Below are positions 45,301 through 55,466 of a stretch of 64,000 nucleotides of DNA, piece by piece (position 1 is the first letter of the stretch; each line of letters starts with the position of its first letter). This DNA comes from Candidatus Delongbacteria bacterium (GTDB taxonomy: Bacteria; CAIWAD01): the NCBI GenBank assembly GCA_963663545.1, contig OY760505.1:3657867-3721866 (forward strand), written 5' to 3'. The position numbers and the translations under genes are program-made. Below the pieces are notes generated by a model. That model was given only the letters and a program-made list of their open reading frames with translations, did no database searches and was not told the origin of the DNA.

Positions 45301-46192
45301 GTCGGGATAACGAATCATATACTACGCTGAGTTGCCCGTAAGCATTGTAGCTGAAGGTCAGGCGATTACCGCATCTGCTGATTATCGCTGCCAATTTTCC
45401 GGCTTTGTTACTGCCGTCCAACGCATAAAATTTGCAAATTACCCCGTTGCGATTGCGCAACAGCAGGCTATTGTCGCTGTCTTTGACCACCTTTTTGAAG
45501 CGATATTCCGGCGGGATCAGGTTGCCGCCGCTATCTATATAGTATGCCTCGCCACGGGCGTGTCCGTTGTAGAAATAGACGATATTGGGATCGCTCGCTG
45601 ACGGGATGAATCTCATGAAATAGACATGAGACCAGTTATAGCCTAAAGTACCCGGAAAATCATTACGGCTACGGTAAGTCCTCTTGAACTGGTAGTTGAT
45701 GCCGCGACCGGGGATCTCTAGATCCACCTCTTCCACCACAAACTCGAGGTTATTCAAATGCACCGGGTCGCCAGCCTGGCATTCGCACTGACAGGTGCTG
45801 TCCTCTACTTCCAGGTCGCATTGGGTGCAGGACGTATTGGCCGAATTTTGCGGACAGTTACCCGTCGGGCAGTTTTTGCTGCTGCATAACGGTGCGGTTT
45901 CATTGGGATCATTGAAGCTGCCATCCGAGCCGACATATACGGTTACTGTCGATTGCTCAGTCACCATTACCCCATCCGTGAACTGCCAATTTAGGGTCAC
46001 GTTTTTGTTGACTGCGGGGCGTTTATCCAGAATGAAAAAAATATCCCCTACCATTCCTGAAGGTACCATTTTCCGCAGGATATCACCAGGAGTCATACCG
46101 GCAAACCATACACTGGGCCCACCATAGCCGTTAAAGGTTGGCAGTTGTTCGCTACTGCCGTCAGTATATGTTACTGTACCTTTCGGGATGAC
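39388..46192 (-). CDS. RHS/YD-repeat polymorphic toxin with DUF6531-like domain, inserted LamG domain and low-GC C-terminal tip; frameshift near 45015; 5' end lost at a REP-like array
   Basis: GDPVHLNNLEF...FKRTYRS; many YD repeats; LTVEAWV...WVHLAGVY...LFVNG; RYYSSEQGRWLSRDGLGYVDGLNLY...NP..FLDSYG. Confidence 0.9.
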
Positions 46193-46340
46193 CACCATTG
46201 CTTCGATTGCTTCGATGCCTGGCACCATTGCTTCGATGCCTGGCACCATTGCTTCGATAAAAATTTTGGCTTCGATGCCTGGCACCATTGCTTTGATGCC
46301 TGGCACCATTGCTTCGATTGCTTCGATGCCTGGCACCATT
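46193..46340 (-). repeat. REP-like array at the truncated 5' end of the RHS gene
   Basis: GATGCCTGGCACCATTGCTTC units. Confidence 0.9.
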
Positions 46341-46976
46341 ATCTTTATCGTTATCGAAATAGCAACGTTGGAGCTTGCAAACCGAAACTCTAATTAGAGT
46401 CAAAGTTTGCAGCCATATTCACTCTGTAAACGCTATAAAATAGAGATTAATTTCAACTGCGTAACTCCTGTATAATTTTATCCAAAGAGAACAACCGGGG
46501 CCACTAAATTTTTCGTGCAATTCAGCTAATCATGGTAAATTGTAACATAGACCTTTTCCTGCCATCTATAATGCTGAGAAGTTTATAGTGATCATTGGCC
46601 GAGGCGACCCAATCCGGCAGGGGGGCTTGCTTATAGACATCCCCCCGATGTTTCGGGAAGGAAGCAAGATTGCCGGCAAATATCTCGAGGCGCGCTACCT
46701 TCACGAGCAATTGACGGCGATCGAACCTCAAATCGATGCGGATATTTCACTTGAGCAGATAGTGCGTTCGATTGTCGTTTCGCCATACGACTCGAACTAT
46801 CAGTGGGTTGTTTAAGTTTTATTAACTTGCCAGAAAAGTAATCGATTATTTCAAGCCAAAGATAAGCATATTATTTGACGAATTGTTTTCAAAGTAGAAT
46901 TACCGGGCGATACCTAACGGGGAATTTATTAAATTCTCCTAACTAAAATTCGTGATTGATAGCCGAACCAGGCTTT

Positions 46977-48224
46977 CTATTTCATTAAAATCACTTTGCC
47001 GTAAGAGGGATGGAAGTCGCGACGCTCATATCGCCAATCGGTAACTACCCACAGCACATCGTAAGGAAGCGGAGACTTGGGATAATTGATGGCGCCGTCG
47101 GTCAGGACAAGTACTGCTTTCACCTCGGGATTTCGCGCCAGTTGTAACATCGCCGGCGTCATATCACTGCCGCCCAATCCCTTGATCGAATAATGATATA
47201 ATTGCTGCGGAGCTATCCATTCGTCTCGGGTCAATTCGGCATCGCATTGCACTATATGGATTCGCTCGATATTTATCCCCTCGGCAAAGGAGGCGATGAC
47301 TCCGAGAGCATGCAACAATCGCCTTTGCATCGAGCCACTGGTATCCAGCACAATGTGCAAGGTCCAGCCCTCCCGCTTTTTACCCACTAGAATCACATCC
47401 TGGCGATCGGCGCCCCGGCGGGAAGGGCGTGCATAAGTACGTACGTCAGGCACCGCATCTTCCAGCCACCGCTGCACTGCCATTTCCCAAGGCGGTCGAT
47501 ATTTAGCGCGCAAGGCTGCGATCGTTTCGCTCCTGCCGCCGGGTTCATCTTCCTGTCCTGAGCAGCACTCGAGATGGTTGAATAAATCGAGCAACCCTAT
47601 CGCTTGGGTGGCCAGACTCGATATCTGTTGCAAACTATCGTTTGTGACTGGAGCGTCAGGAAACCATCGGCGCTCCAATTCACTGGCTAGCACATCACCA
47701 GGCAAATCCGGCCGCGTCGCGAGCAATCCGGCCGCGATCATGATCCCCTCCATTTCGTTTTTAGGCACGCCCATTTGCTCCGCGCTATGCCAACACTGCT
47801 TCGGAAGCACTCCGATATCTCGCTGCATTTGCGCCACCAATTGCTCTGCCGCCAGATGACGTGCCCCTGGTAAGTTCAAACCTCCGGCCGGAATCTCTCG
47901 ATCAAGACTATGACGCAACATATCGTTGATAATGTAATCATGAGCATAATTGAACAGAATTACCTCGGTGGCAGCACAACGTTGGTGAGTTTGCAAGGCC
48001 AGGTGCAAAAGTTCGTGTGCCACCACAAAAACCGCGTCTCCTGGATGCAATTGCGCGAACCACTCACCGTTGACCACCATCCGTCCCGAAGCGAAGATCC
48101 CGATGCTCGCCACCCGCTTATCGATGACAAAGTGAACGCGGTTGGCCAATCCACAAAGATAAGGCAAATGCACGCGGACCAGGCGCAGCGCCTGTTGGAT
48201 ACGTTCTAAAATCGAGTCGCTCAT
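46977..48224 (-). CDS. DUF2201-type metallopeptidase plus vWA-like protein
   Basis: AHELLH (HExxH), NYAHDYIIN; MIDAS LDTSGSM, GLGGSD, VLTDG. Confidence 0.85.
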   Translation of the reverse strand: MSDSILERIQQALRLVRVHLPYLCGLANRVHFVIDKRVASIGIFASGRMVVNGEWFAQLHPGDAVFVVAHELLHLALQTHQRCAATEVILFNYAHDYIINDMLRHSLDREIPAGGLNLPGARHLAAEQLVAQMQRDIGVLPKQCWHSAEQMGVPKNEMEGIMIAAGLLATRPDLPGDVLASELERRWFPDAPVTNDSLQQISSLATQAIGLLDLFNHLECCSGQEDEPGGRSETIAALRAKYRPPWEMAVQRWLEDAVPDVRTYARPSRRGADRQDVILVGKKREGWTLHIVLDTSGSMQRRLLHALGVIASFAEGINIERIHIVQCDAELTRDEWIAPQQLYHYSIKGLGGSDMTPAMLQLARNPEVKAVLVLTDGAINYPKSPLPYDVLWVVTDWRYERRDFHPSYGKVILMK

Positions 48225-49273
48225 AGTCCGGTCACCTCCTTCAACGATTCAAGCAACGCCGTATCGGCGCCCATTCTCCCCCAATCCGCAACCATATCTA
48301 CCAATAACACGAAGCGATGCTCAGGGGGCAGTGCCAATAAAAATCGATTGACTTTTGCACGGGGAATATCCGGGAGCTGCTTCTTTTTCAATGCCTGGCG
48401 AATACAAGCCAATACGAACCATCTTTTGCTCTCTTCCTGCGGTATTGCTTGCGGGAAATCGAAATAAGTTACCAGGGGCGGCAGTTTTTCGATTCCTTCT
48501 TCTACCATGACACTGAAAATCGCGGCATCCTCGGGGCTCAAGCGAGCGAAGCACAAAGCGCGAAAAGTTCGGCTATCTAAGCTGCCCTGGTGGTGGTGGG
48601 CATCCAGTGCTCGGGATAACGAAGTCCAGGCCCGCGGCGAAGAAAATGGTATCGCTTCTTGCGGAACCTCACGCATCAATGATTCGGGCATAAAGGTGAT
48701 ATAGGAAAGGATATCCCGACGGATCTGCTGACGGTAGGCCCATGATCGCCACTCGTCAACATCGACGCGGATGTGGAGTACAAAAATGCGATTGATCAGG
48801 GCGCTACTCGGCATCCGAACCAGGGCGCGGTCCTGCATTCGATTTCCGGCCGCTACCACCCAACTTTCTGGAGGTAATGCGTATTCACCGAGGCGCCGCT
48901 CCATAATCAGAGTATAAAAGGCTTTCTGGACTTGTTGGGCGCAAGAGGGGAATTCGTCGAGAAACAGACAAAATGGTGCGGCTGGTTCCGGGAGCAAGAT
49001 TTTCGGCGGGCAAAATACCGAGCGTTGCCCGACAATCTTGGGAATGCCACTGACATCCTCGGGCGCGATCTGGGTGCCGAGGAGAGAGCGGCAGGTTAAA
49101 CCGGCGTCGTTGGCGATCTGTTGTACTATTGCCGATTTACCGACTCCAGGGGGAGAAAGTAGCAACAAACTTTCGCGATGGGCCATAGTGCGAATAATTT
49201 CACCGGCCTGGTGTAAGGTTACGGTAACCGGTTCAGTCTTCATTGACGGGCCTTCCGTATAATCTTTCGGCAT
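48221..49273 (-). CDS. MoxR-like AAA+ ATPase
   Basis: SPPGVGKS, LFLDE, AAGNR, SALINR, SPRAW. Confidence 0.85.
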   Translation of the reverse strand: MPKDYTEGPSMKTEPVTVTLHQAGEIIRTMAHRESLLLLSPPGVGKSAIVQQIANDAGLTCRSLLGTQIAPEDVSGIPKIVGQRSVFCPPKILLPEPAAPFCLFLDEFPSCAQQVQKAFYTLIMERRLGEYALPPESWVVAAGNRMQDRALVRMPSSALINRIFVLHIRVDVDEWRSWAYRQQIRRDILSYITFMPESLMREVPQEAIPFSSPRAWTSLSRALDAHHHQGSLDSRTFRALCFARLSPEDAAIFSVMVEEGIEKLPPLVTYFDFPQAIPQEESKRWFVLACIRQALKKKQLPDIPRAKVNRFLLALPPEHRFVLLVDMVADWGRMGADTALLESLKEVTGL

Positions 49274-50294
49274 GATCTAATGCGACCGGATCAAGCTTCA
49301 TGCCGAAATTCAACCCGATCTCCTCAAGACTCTCCTGCAATTCGTACAGCGAGGTTTGTCCCATATTTTTCATCTGCAAGAAATCCTCAGGTTGATGGCT
49401 CACCAGGTCTTTGATATAGATAATGTTGGCCTTTTTCAGGCAATTGCGGCTACGCATTGACAAATCCAGTTCGCTTACCGGCGTTATCAGTTTTTGCCAT
49501 AACTCTATGGAGATTATCGGTATTTCGCTGGCCGGATCGTCGAGAAATTGACAAAAGCAAACCGCATCATTGCGACTGATGCGGCCGTGGGTCAAGGCCC
49601 GGAGGATTTCAGGTCTACATATTCCGGCCGTTTCGACGAGATTGATAGCTTGAGACAGCGAGGCCCAGGCGCGCGGAGTAGAAAAAGGTTGCGGTATGTC
49701 GGGTGCCGGACGCATCAATGCTTTGGGACATTTCTGGATAAAAGCGATGATCTCCTGGCGAATGTGGTTTTGCCGCGCCCACGCTAACCATTCGTCATGA
49801 TCTACTCGCACCTGCAATAAGAATACGCGATTGACCAGGGCGCTACTCATTGCTCGGATTAGGGCTCGATCTTCTAGCCGGTTGCCGGCGGCTATCACCC
49901 AAGTTCCGGCGGGCAAATAATGCTCTCCCAGCCTTCGTTCCAGTAATAGCGAATAAAAAGCTTTTTGCACATCAGGGGAGCAAGCCGGCAGCTCATCGAG
50001 AAACAGGCAAAACGGCTGCGGATCTTCCGGCAATAAAATTCGGGGAGGACAAAAGATCGAGCGGTTGCCGACAATCTTGGGAATACCGCTGACATCTTCG
50101 GGGGCGATTTGAGTGCCGAGCAGCGAACGTACCGGCAAATTAGCTTCCGCAGCCGCCTGGACAACGATATCCGATTTGCCTACCCCCGGCGGAGATAACA
50201 ACAGCAGACTGTGTTCATGCGCCATGGCTTTGATCATCGCTTTGGCCTGGCTCAAGGTTATTGATTCGACCAAACTTCGGTGTCCTCCCGTCAT
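49233..50294 (-). CDS. MoxR-like AAA+ ATPase with C-terminal RNA polymerase alpha-CTD-like domain
   Basis: Same AAA motifs; PVSELDLSMRSRNCLKKANIIYIKDLV...KNMGQTSLYEL...GLNFGM. Confidence 0.85.
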   Translation of the reverse strand: MTGGHRSLVESITLSQAKAMIKAMAHEHSLLLLSPPGVGKSDIVVQAAAEANLPVRSLLGTQIAPEDVSGIPKIVGNRSIFCPPRILLPEDPQPFCLFLDELPACSPDVQKAFYSLLLERRLGEHYLPAGTWVIAAGNRLEDRALIRAMSSALVNRVFLLQVRVDHDEWLAWARQNHIRQEIIAFIQKCPKALMRPAPDIPQPFSTPRAWASLSQAINLVETAGICRPEILRALTHGRISRNDAVCFCQFLDDPASEIPIISIELWQKLITPVSELDLSMRSRNCLKKANIIYIKDLVSHQPEDFLQMKNMGQTSLYELQESLEEIGLNFGMKLDPVALDHAERLYGRPVNED

Positions 50295-50384
50295 AATTGC
50301 CCCTTTTTCATTATTTTTACTGAATGTGATTCTTGGATAACATGACATTACCAAGCTAATGGTCTCTTTGCAAGATATAAATCA

Positions 50385-50690
50385 TCAACGGTAGTTGGAT
50401 GCTCGCCAGCGTTTTTGGGAGCGCTTGGCCCGAGCTTTCCGGCGGTATTTGGTGCGATGACTTCGCTCCATGGCGACCAGCATGTCCCACTCCTCCTCGA
50501 TCTCCTGCTCTTCAGGTGATTGATACTCGTAATTGTCGCTGAGGTCGCCGTCGGAAAAAAAGTTATCGTACCATTCGCTAAGATCGAGTGGTCGGGTGTA
50601 AAAACCGTGCTCATGTAAGTAGGTCATCTGCTCCCTGGTCAATAATCCACAATTATCGAGATAGCTGATCAGTTCCTGAACGACCTTCAT
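50385..50690 (-). CDS. Hypothetical protein, first gene of the MoxR operon
   Basis: GAGGAG RBS; 101-aa ORF with acidic middle and basic tail. Confidence 0.5.
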   Translation of the reverse strand: MKVVQELISYLDNCGLLTREQMTYLHEHGFYTRPLDLSEWYDNFFSDGDLSDNYEYQSPEEQEIEEEWDMLVAMERSHRTKYRRKARAKRSQKRWRASNYR

Positions 50691-50886
50691 GGCTTGCTCC
50701 TCAAGTTTTGTCCATCCGTTATCGAAGACATCGATCTATAGAGTGATATCGCGACGAAATGTTACAATCGCGAAATTGGACCTGGCTACCGTCGTTCACG
50801 CTAAGGCGCCGGAATTAAATGGTCTGTATGCAAATGACAAATTTTGTATGACCCGAACATGTGAGCTAAAACTTAGACCACGACAT

Positions 50887-51582
50887 TTAAATGGTCTGTA
50901 TGCAAAAACCCTGGCTCGGGAAGCGGACCGCGGGGGCATAGCCGCTGCGGTCCAAAGTCGCCGCGATCTCCACTTCCCTGGCCTCCGATCGCACTTGCTC
51001 TACATAGGCCGACACGCGTCGGTGATATATCTCGCTGAGCAACTCCACTCCCTCGCGCCCCCATCCCCTCCACTCCTGCCGCGGTATCGTTTCCGCAATC
51101 GCTACTTGCGCCGGCTCCGCCCACCACGACGGGATTTCGCCTTCTCCGCCGAGATTGCCATGGCCTACTACCGACCTTTCGTGCAGTTTCCCGTCGGCAT
51201 CGATTCTCCACAACTTCTCCACTGCCAGCGCCGCCACCTTGCTCAGTACCGCGCTGTTATCGTTCAGCACCGCTTTTCTCACCGCTATGCTCTGTACCGC
51301 TTCACTTCCTTGCCACCTCCAGATATGATAGTGATAGTCATTTTGCCAGGCATAGGTTAGGCCCGGGCAATCCGCCACCGCCTGCCGGGCCAGCCGCAAT
51401 ATCTCCACGCCGATTTCCACCTGCTCAGCCGTCCGGATTCCCGGGCCATGACGTTCGTCCCCAACCAGACGACCCTCGCCCTGCCAGCGGAGCAACGTAA
51501 AATTAGGGCGCTCGGCCCCGCACGCATCGAACTGCGCTTCCTTGCATAGCGCACTGCTGTTGATTATTTCTATCTCGGCCAT
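50887..51582 (-). CDS. Hypothetical protein whose 3' end runs into a repeated 19-mer
   Basis: AAGGA RBS, 231 aa; TAAATGGTCTGTATGCAAA at about 50816 and 50888. Confidence 0.45.
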   Translation of the reverse strand: MAEIEIINSSALCKEAQFDACGAERPNFTLLRWQGEGRLVGDERHGPGIRTAEQVEIGVEILRLARQAVADCPGLTYAWQNDYHYHIWRWQGSEAVQSIAVRKAVLNDNSAVLSKVAALAVEKLWRIDADGKLHERSVVGHGNLGGEGEIPSWWAEPAQVAIAETIPRQEWRGWGREGVELLSEIYHRRVSAYVEQVRSEAREVEIAATLDRSGYAPAVRFPSQGFCIQTI

Positions 51583-51680
51583 TTCCTTATCCTTGCTTGT
51601 TGCCTGACCACCAAACGGTCATCTTATTTTACCAAAATTTTAGTGGAAAGAGCAAGCAACTAAATTATTGTTTCACTTGG

Positions 51681-53669
51681 TCAAGGTCGGCGCCACCAAT
51701 CGCTTAGTTTTCCGTCCGGTAGTTGCCGGTAGCGCTCATCCAGCCCGAATTCGCTTTTCCAGGCATCGACCCAACTTTCATTGGGTTCGCTGTGCCGGGC
51801 GATCGCTTTGCCGTAGATCCGCTGGTAAAATTTGCCGGTCGATTTTTTACTGGCCTGGCGCGAAGCCACAAGGCGATCGAGGGCGAGTAAGATCTCCAGC
51901 CATACCAGATAATTGAGGTCGTTGTAGCTTTCTCGGGCCTGCACTAACTCGGGAGGGGGCTGATCTACCAATCGGGCGCGGGTGAAGCCGGCCTGGCGGC
52001 CTTTGCCTTCGACGAGAATCGCCCGCTGTTTGTTTACCGCCATAAACACCTCGGGACGGGTGCTCTGATTGCGAGCCAGAAATTGTTGTCCCGTCGCTTC
52101 AGCGATAGCCGCCCGTTCTACGCCGATAAATAGCGAATAGAAGGGGGCAATATCGGCGGCGACGGTCGCGGTGCCGTTGGTTTGGAAATGCTCGGCTTCA
52201 CGCACCACGATAAATTGATAATCCCTGATCTCCGAGGCGAATACTTGCTTGATGCACGGTAAAGCGGCTAACCAGGTAAGCAGCCCGTGATTGACGCCAT
52301 CACGAAAGTCGGTGCGATTCCATGACAACACCGCCTTCAGCGACGACGGCGGCAAGGCTATTTGCAGGGTGATGATCGCGTTGTCTTCGTCGGTCAAGGT
52401 CAATAACCAGCCGCTGACTCTGGCGCCGGTTTCGGGCAATGATAAGTAAGAGGTGGCGGGCGCGAACTCCAGGCGCAGGAATTGCCGTTGTGATTTGAAT
52501 TGCGGCGTAAAGCGGCTGGCGTCGATGGTAGCGTAACTTTCCAGAAAACTCGGGCAAATTTCGGCGCCGGCCCATCCCGCGCTTTCGATCTGACGGCGCT
52601 TCATTTCCCGCTGTTGGCGTCGATTCCACACCAGGTAATCATTGCCGTCATAGGATTGCAGCCCCCAAAAATCAAAGCGCGGATTATGGCGTAGTTGAGG
52701 ATAGAGAGCTGACGGCGGTTTGACCGGGCGGCATTTGACCACCAGGGTCCAGTAGATGAATAGCGCCGGGAATTCATAGCTCGAGGCGTGAGGGGCCGAG
52801 GTGGCGAGCCAGGCGATGACTTCGCTGAGATGGCGCCAGCACAGCAGGAGATCGCGACGGCAGAAGGGATGGTTATGATGGGCCGAGCGATTGCTGAGCT
52901 TGCCGACACAGGCCAGGCGCGTCAACACCCGTCGGGGAATGCGCTTTTCGAGTTGCTGAGTGATTTTGGTGATTTCCAGCAACCCGAAATCGATTTCCTC
53001 GCCTTTTTTATCGGGAAACAACATTTGTAACGCCTGCTCGGCAACCCGACGCATGGCGAATGACGATTTTTCGTAATCGGCTCCTTCGCCACAGGCCTGG
53101 GCCACGACGGCGAGTTCCTGGCACCATTGTTCGTCGCTCCACTTTTCGGCGCCGGCAATGATTTCCTGGTAGTCGGCGGCGGCGAAGAGCGGAGGATAAT
53201 CCGAACCGACCGCGCCATATTGCCGCGCATACCAGTCGCAGAGATCGAGTAAATGGTAGGCGCAATCTCGCACATCGCAGGGTTGGGGGTGGTTGTTGGC
53301 ATGGCTGAGGTTGCACAAGAGGTGGATGCAGACGAATTTGGCATGGATGGCGTCAGGGATGGGGGCCGGGACCAGCGCGGCGAGCTGGCTATTGACCAAG
53401 CCACTTAAAGTCAGTTTTTTGCCTTTGAGTTGGTCCAGGGGGCGGTTATGGTGGACGCACAATAATTTGGCCAAGATTTCCGCTCCCACCCGCAGGTTAC
53501 GCAGCCCCCACCACTGCTCGAAATCTCCGAGCGATTTTTGGCAGGTGACCAGGGATTGCCGGAGTTGGTCGTGATAAGTGGCGACATCGCCGGTGGGAGC
53601 ACTCCAGCTATCGATCCCGGCCAGGCGTTGCTGGAACAATCGTTGTAATTTGGCAATTGGATTGGTCAT
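51681..53669 (-). CDS. Protein with two DUF4145/HEPN-like helical domains
   Basis: LRVGAEIL...LLCNLSHANNH and MRRVAEQAL...KLSNRSAHH; AGGAGG RBS. Confidence 0.55.
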   Translation of the reverse strand: MTNPIAKLQRLFQQRLAGIDSWSAPTGDVATYHDQLRQSLVTCQKSLGDFEQWWGLRNLRVGAEILAKLLCVHHNRPLDQLKGKKLTLSGLVNSQLAALVPAPIPDAIHAKFVCIHLLCNLSHANNHPQPCDVRDCAYHLLDLCDWYARQYGAVGSDYPPLFAAADYQEIIAGAEKWSDEQWCQELAVVAQACGEGADYEKSSFAMRRVAEQALQMLFPDKKGEEIDFGLLEITKITQQLEKRIPRRVLTRLACVGKLSNRSAHHNHPFCRRDLLLCWRHLSEVIAWLATSAPHASSYEFPALFIYWTLVVKCRPVKPPSALYPQLRHNPRFDFWGLQSYDGNDYLVWNRRQQREMKRRQIESAGWAGAEICPSFLESYATIDASRFTPQFKSQRQFLRLEFAPATSYLSLPETGARVSGWLLTLTDEDNAIITLQIALPPSSLKAVLSWNRTDFRDGVNHGLLTWLAALPCIKQVFASEIRDYQFIVVREAEHFQTNGTATVAADIAPFYSLFIGVERAAIAEATGQQFLARNQSTRPEVFMAVNKQRAILVEGKGRQAGFTRARLVDQPPPELVQARESYNDLNYLVWLEILLALDRLVASRQASKKSTGKFYQRIYGKAIARHSEPNESWVDAWKSEFGLDERYRQLPDGKLSDWWRRP

Positions 53670-53755
53670 CGCAAAATCATCCTCCTGAGGGGTTATCAGC
53701 AGTTGAAAAAATTTGTAGAACTAAATAGAAACAAATCGATGCAATTTATTTATAA

Positions 53756-53784
53756 TTGACAACGTTAATTTGAAAATTTATAAT
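53756..53784 (+). promoter_or_regulatory. Consensus sigma70 promoter for the TnpB-like gene
   Basis: TTGACA-17-TATAAT; overlapped by inverted ATTGACAA...TTGTCAAT. Confidence 0.8.
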
Positions 53785-53867
53785 AATCGGTCTTGTCAAT
53801 GAAGAAACTTTACTCGATGAAATAGGCGTTAGAACTTGTAGGGCTTTATGTTGAGTATAGTTATAGA

Positions 53868-55466
53868 ATGCGAGGAAGGCCGTTGAAGAAGAAAAAAACT
53901 AAGGGGCAGATACTTAGTTTTCCCCTGGTAATCAGAAGCGAAGCCAATCCCAAGATAAAAAGAACGCTCTGGTATGCAAAGAAAATGAGCAACAAGTACC
54001 TGAGAAAGTTCTATCAAAGAGATATATTGGAACATTTAAGCATAAGTAAGGTAAGGCAGTCCTACAAAATTTTGGAGCCCGAAAGTCCGCGTAAATGGAG
54101 AAGCAAGATTCCCAGCAGAGTTAATCGCGGAATTTTAGAAATATCGGGGCGAATCTTGCGGGTAGTCAATTCCAGACGAAATCTTTTTGAACTTATGTTG
54201 GAGAAATTCGGTGACACTCCTGATAAATGGAGCTACAAAAAACTTATTGCCGAGCATAAAATCTACGTAAAATCTCAATATATCCAGAATCTATCTGAGC
54301 AAGCCGAAAGATTTTATCTGAGCAACGGGCAATACCCCACGGATTTCTTTCAACTGCAAACAACGCCAAAGGCAAAAGCGGCAATCATTAGTTACGCGCC
54401 TGACGACGGCCAGGCAATACTCATCGAAAAACGAGGAAACTCGCTTTTCATCCGTCTGAAAGTCCTAGCCTATGAGGATCAAGAATGTAATCCAGAGTGG
54501 GAATGGATCGAGTTCAGCGTGCCATTGCCGTCTTTTCTCTCGCCATTAGAGCAAGTTGCTCCGGACTTGAGGTTAGATTATTTTCATGGTCAACTCCTTC
54601 CGGTAATCGACTATAAAGTCGAGATAGAAGGCGCCAAAGAAATCAACAGTCCTTATTTTCTTACTGTTGATTGGGGCATCCGTAAACTCGTCACTATTTG
54701 CGTATTTGATAAACAGGGAAATCTTATCTGCCCTCCTTTTTTTCTCTCCTTCGAGCCTATTCAAGCAAAGCTGTTACGGATTCGCAATGAAATTGATCAG
54801 CTCAAAGCCAAGAGAGATAAGTGTTCAACAAAGAGTGACGAGTGGAAAAAATACAATCGCGAGATCGCCAAACGTTGGCGCAAGTTTCGCGCAATACAAA
54901 AACAGCTCGCTCATCTCGCCTCCAATGTCATTGTCCTGATCGCTCAGCTTTACCATTGCTCGGAAATATATGTCGAATGGCTGAAAACTTTGAAAAGTAA
55001 AAATTTCAGCGCCAAACTCAACTGGGTGATAAATACTACCGTCAGAGAGGCGATTTATGAAAAAGTCGCCTACAAGGCCAAATTAACTGGTATCAAATTC
55101 AAACGTCCGCTTTCACCATATGGCACAAGTCAATATTGCCCACGTTGTGGAAAAAAGGGAATTCACACCAAATCACCCAATCATTGGCAGGAAATTAAGT
55201 CAGGCGGTTGGTTTCGTTGTCCCTGTTGTGGATATAACGCTGACCGCGACTATGTTGCATGTTGCAATCTTGCCCGCAAGGTACTCTATGGAAATTTGAA
55301 TGATACAGATAAAGGTATTGCCTATATGGCGAAACCTATCTCTGATTCACTGTTTCGTCAGAGTAAACTCCCCCGGGAGCGATTGTTTCGCAATCTCAGC
55401 GGCTGGAAGGAGGTCATTTCTTTACAACCGCAAAAAAACTTTTCTGGTAGACCGTTGAGATTATGA
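53868..55466 (+). CDS. tnpB: TnpB/Cas12f-like RuvC nuclease, 532 aa
   Basis: RuvC-I LTVDWG, RuvC-II IYVEWL, TSQYCPRCG...CPCCG Zn ribbon, RuvC-III ADRDYVACCNL. Confidence 0.85.
   Translation: MRGRPLKKKKTKGQILSFPLVIRSEANPKIKRTLWYAKKMSNKYLRKFYQRDILEHLSISKVRQSYKILEPESPRKWRSKIPSRVNRGILEISGRILRVVNSRRNLFELMLEKFGDTPDKWSYKKLIAEHKIYVKSQYIQNLSEQAERFYLSNGQYPTDFFQLQTTPKAKAAIISYAPDDGQAILIEKRGNSLFIRLKVLAYEDQECNPEWEWIEFSVPLPSFLSPLEQVAPDLRLDYFHGQLLPVIDYKVEIEGAKEINSPYFLTVDWGIRKLVTICVFDKQGNLICPPFFLSFEPIQAKLLRIRNEIDQLKAKRDKCSTKSDEWKKYNREIAKRWRKFRAIQKQLAHLASNVIVLIAQLYHCSEIYVEWLKTLKSKNFSAKLNWVINTTVREAIYEKVAYKAKLTGIKFKRPLSPYGTSQYCPRCGKKGIHTKSPNHWQEIKSGGWFRCPCCGYNADRDYVACCNLARKVLYGNLNDTDKGIAYMAKPISDSLFRQSKLPRERLFRNLSGWKEVISLQPQKNFSGRPLRL

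Noticed and set aside
46588..46815. Possible gene remnant between RHS and the vWA gene
   Set aside because: Too short, with no confident family match.
53868..55466. Type V CRISPR-Cas12 locus
   Set aside because: No adjacent array; the downstream repeats at 55599-55811 are short-period hairpins, not repeat-spacer units.
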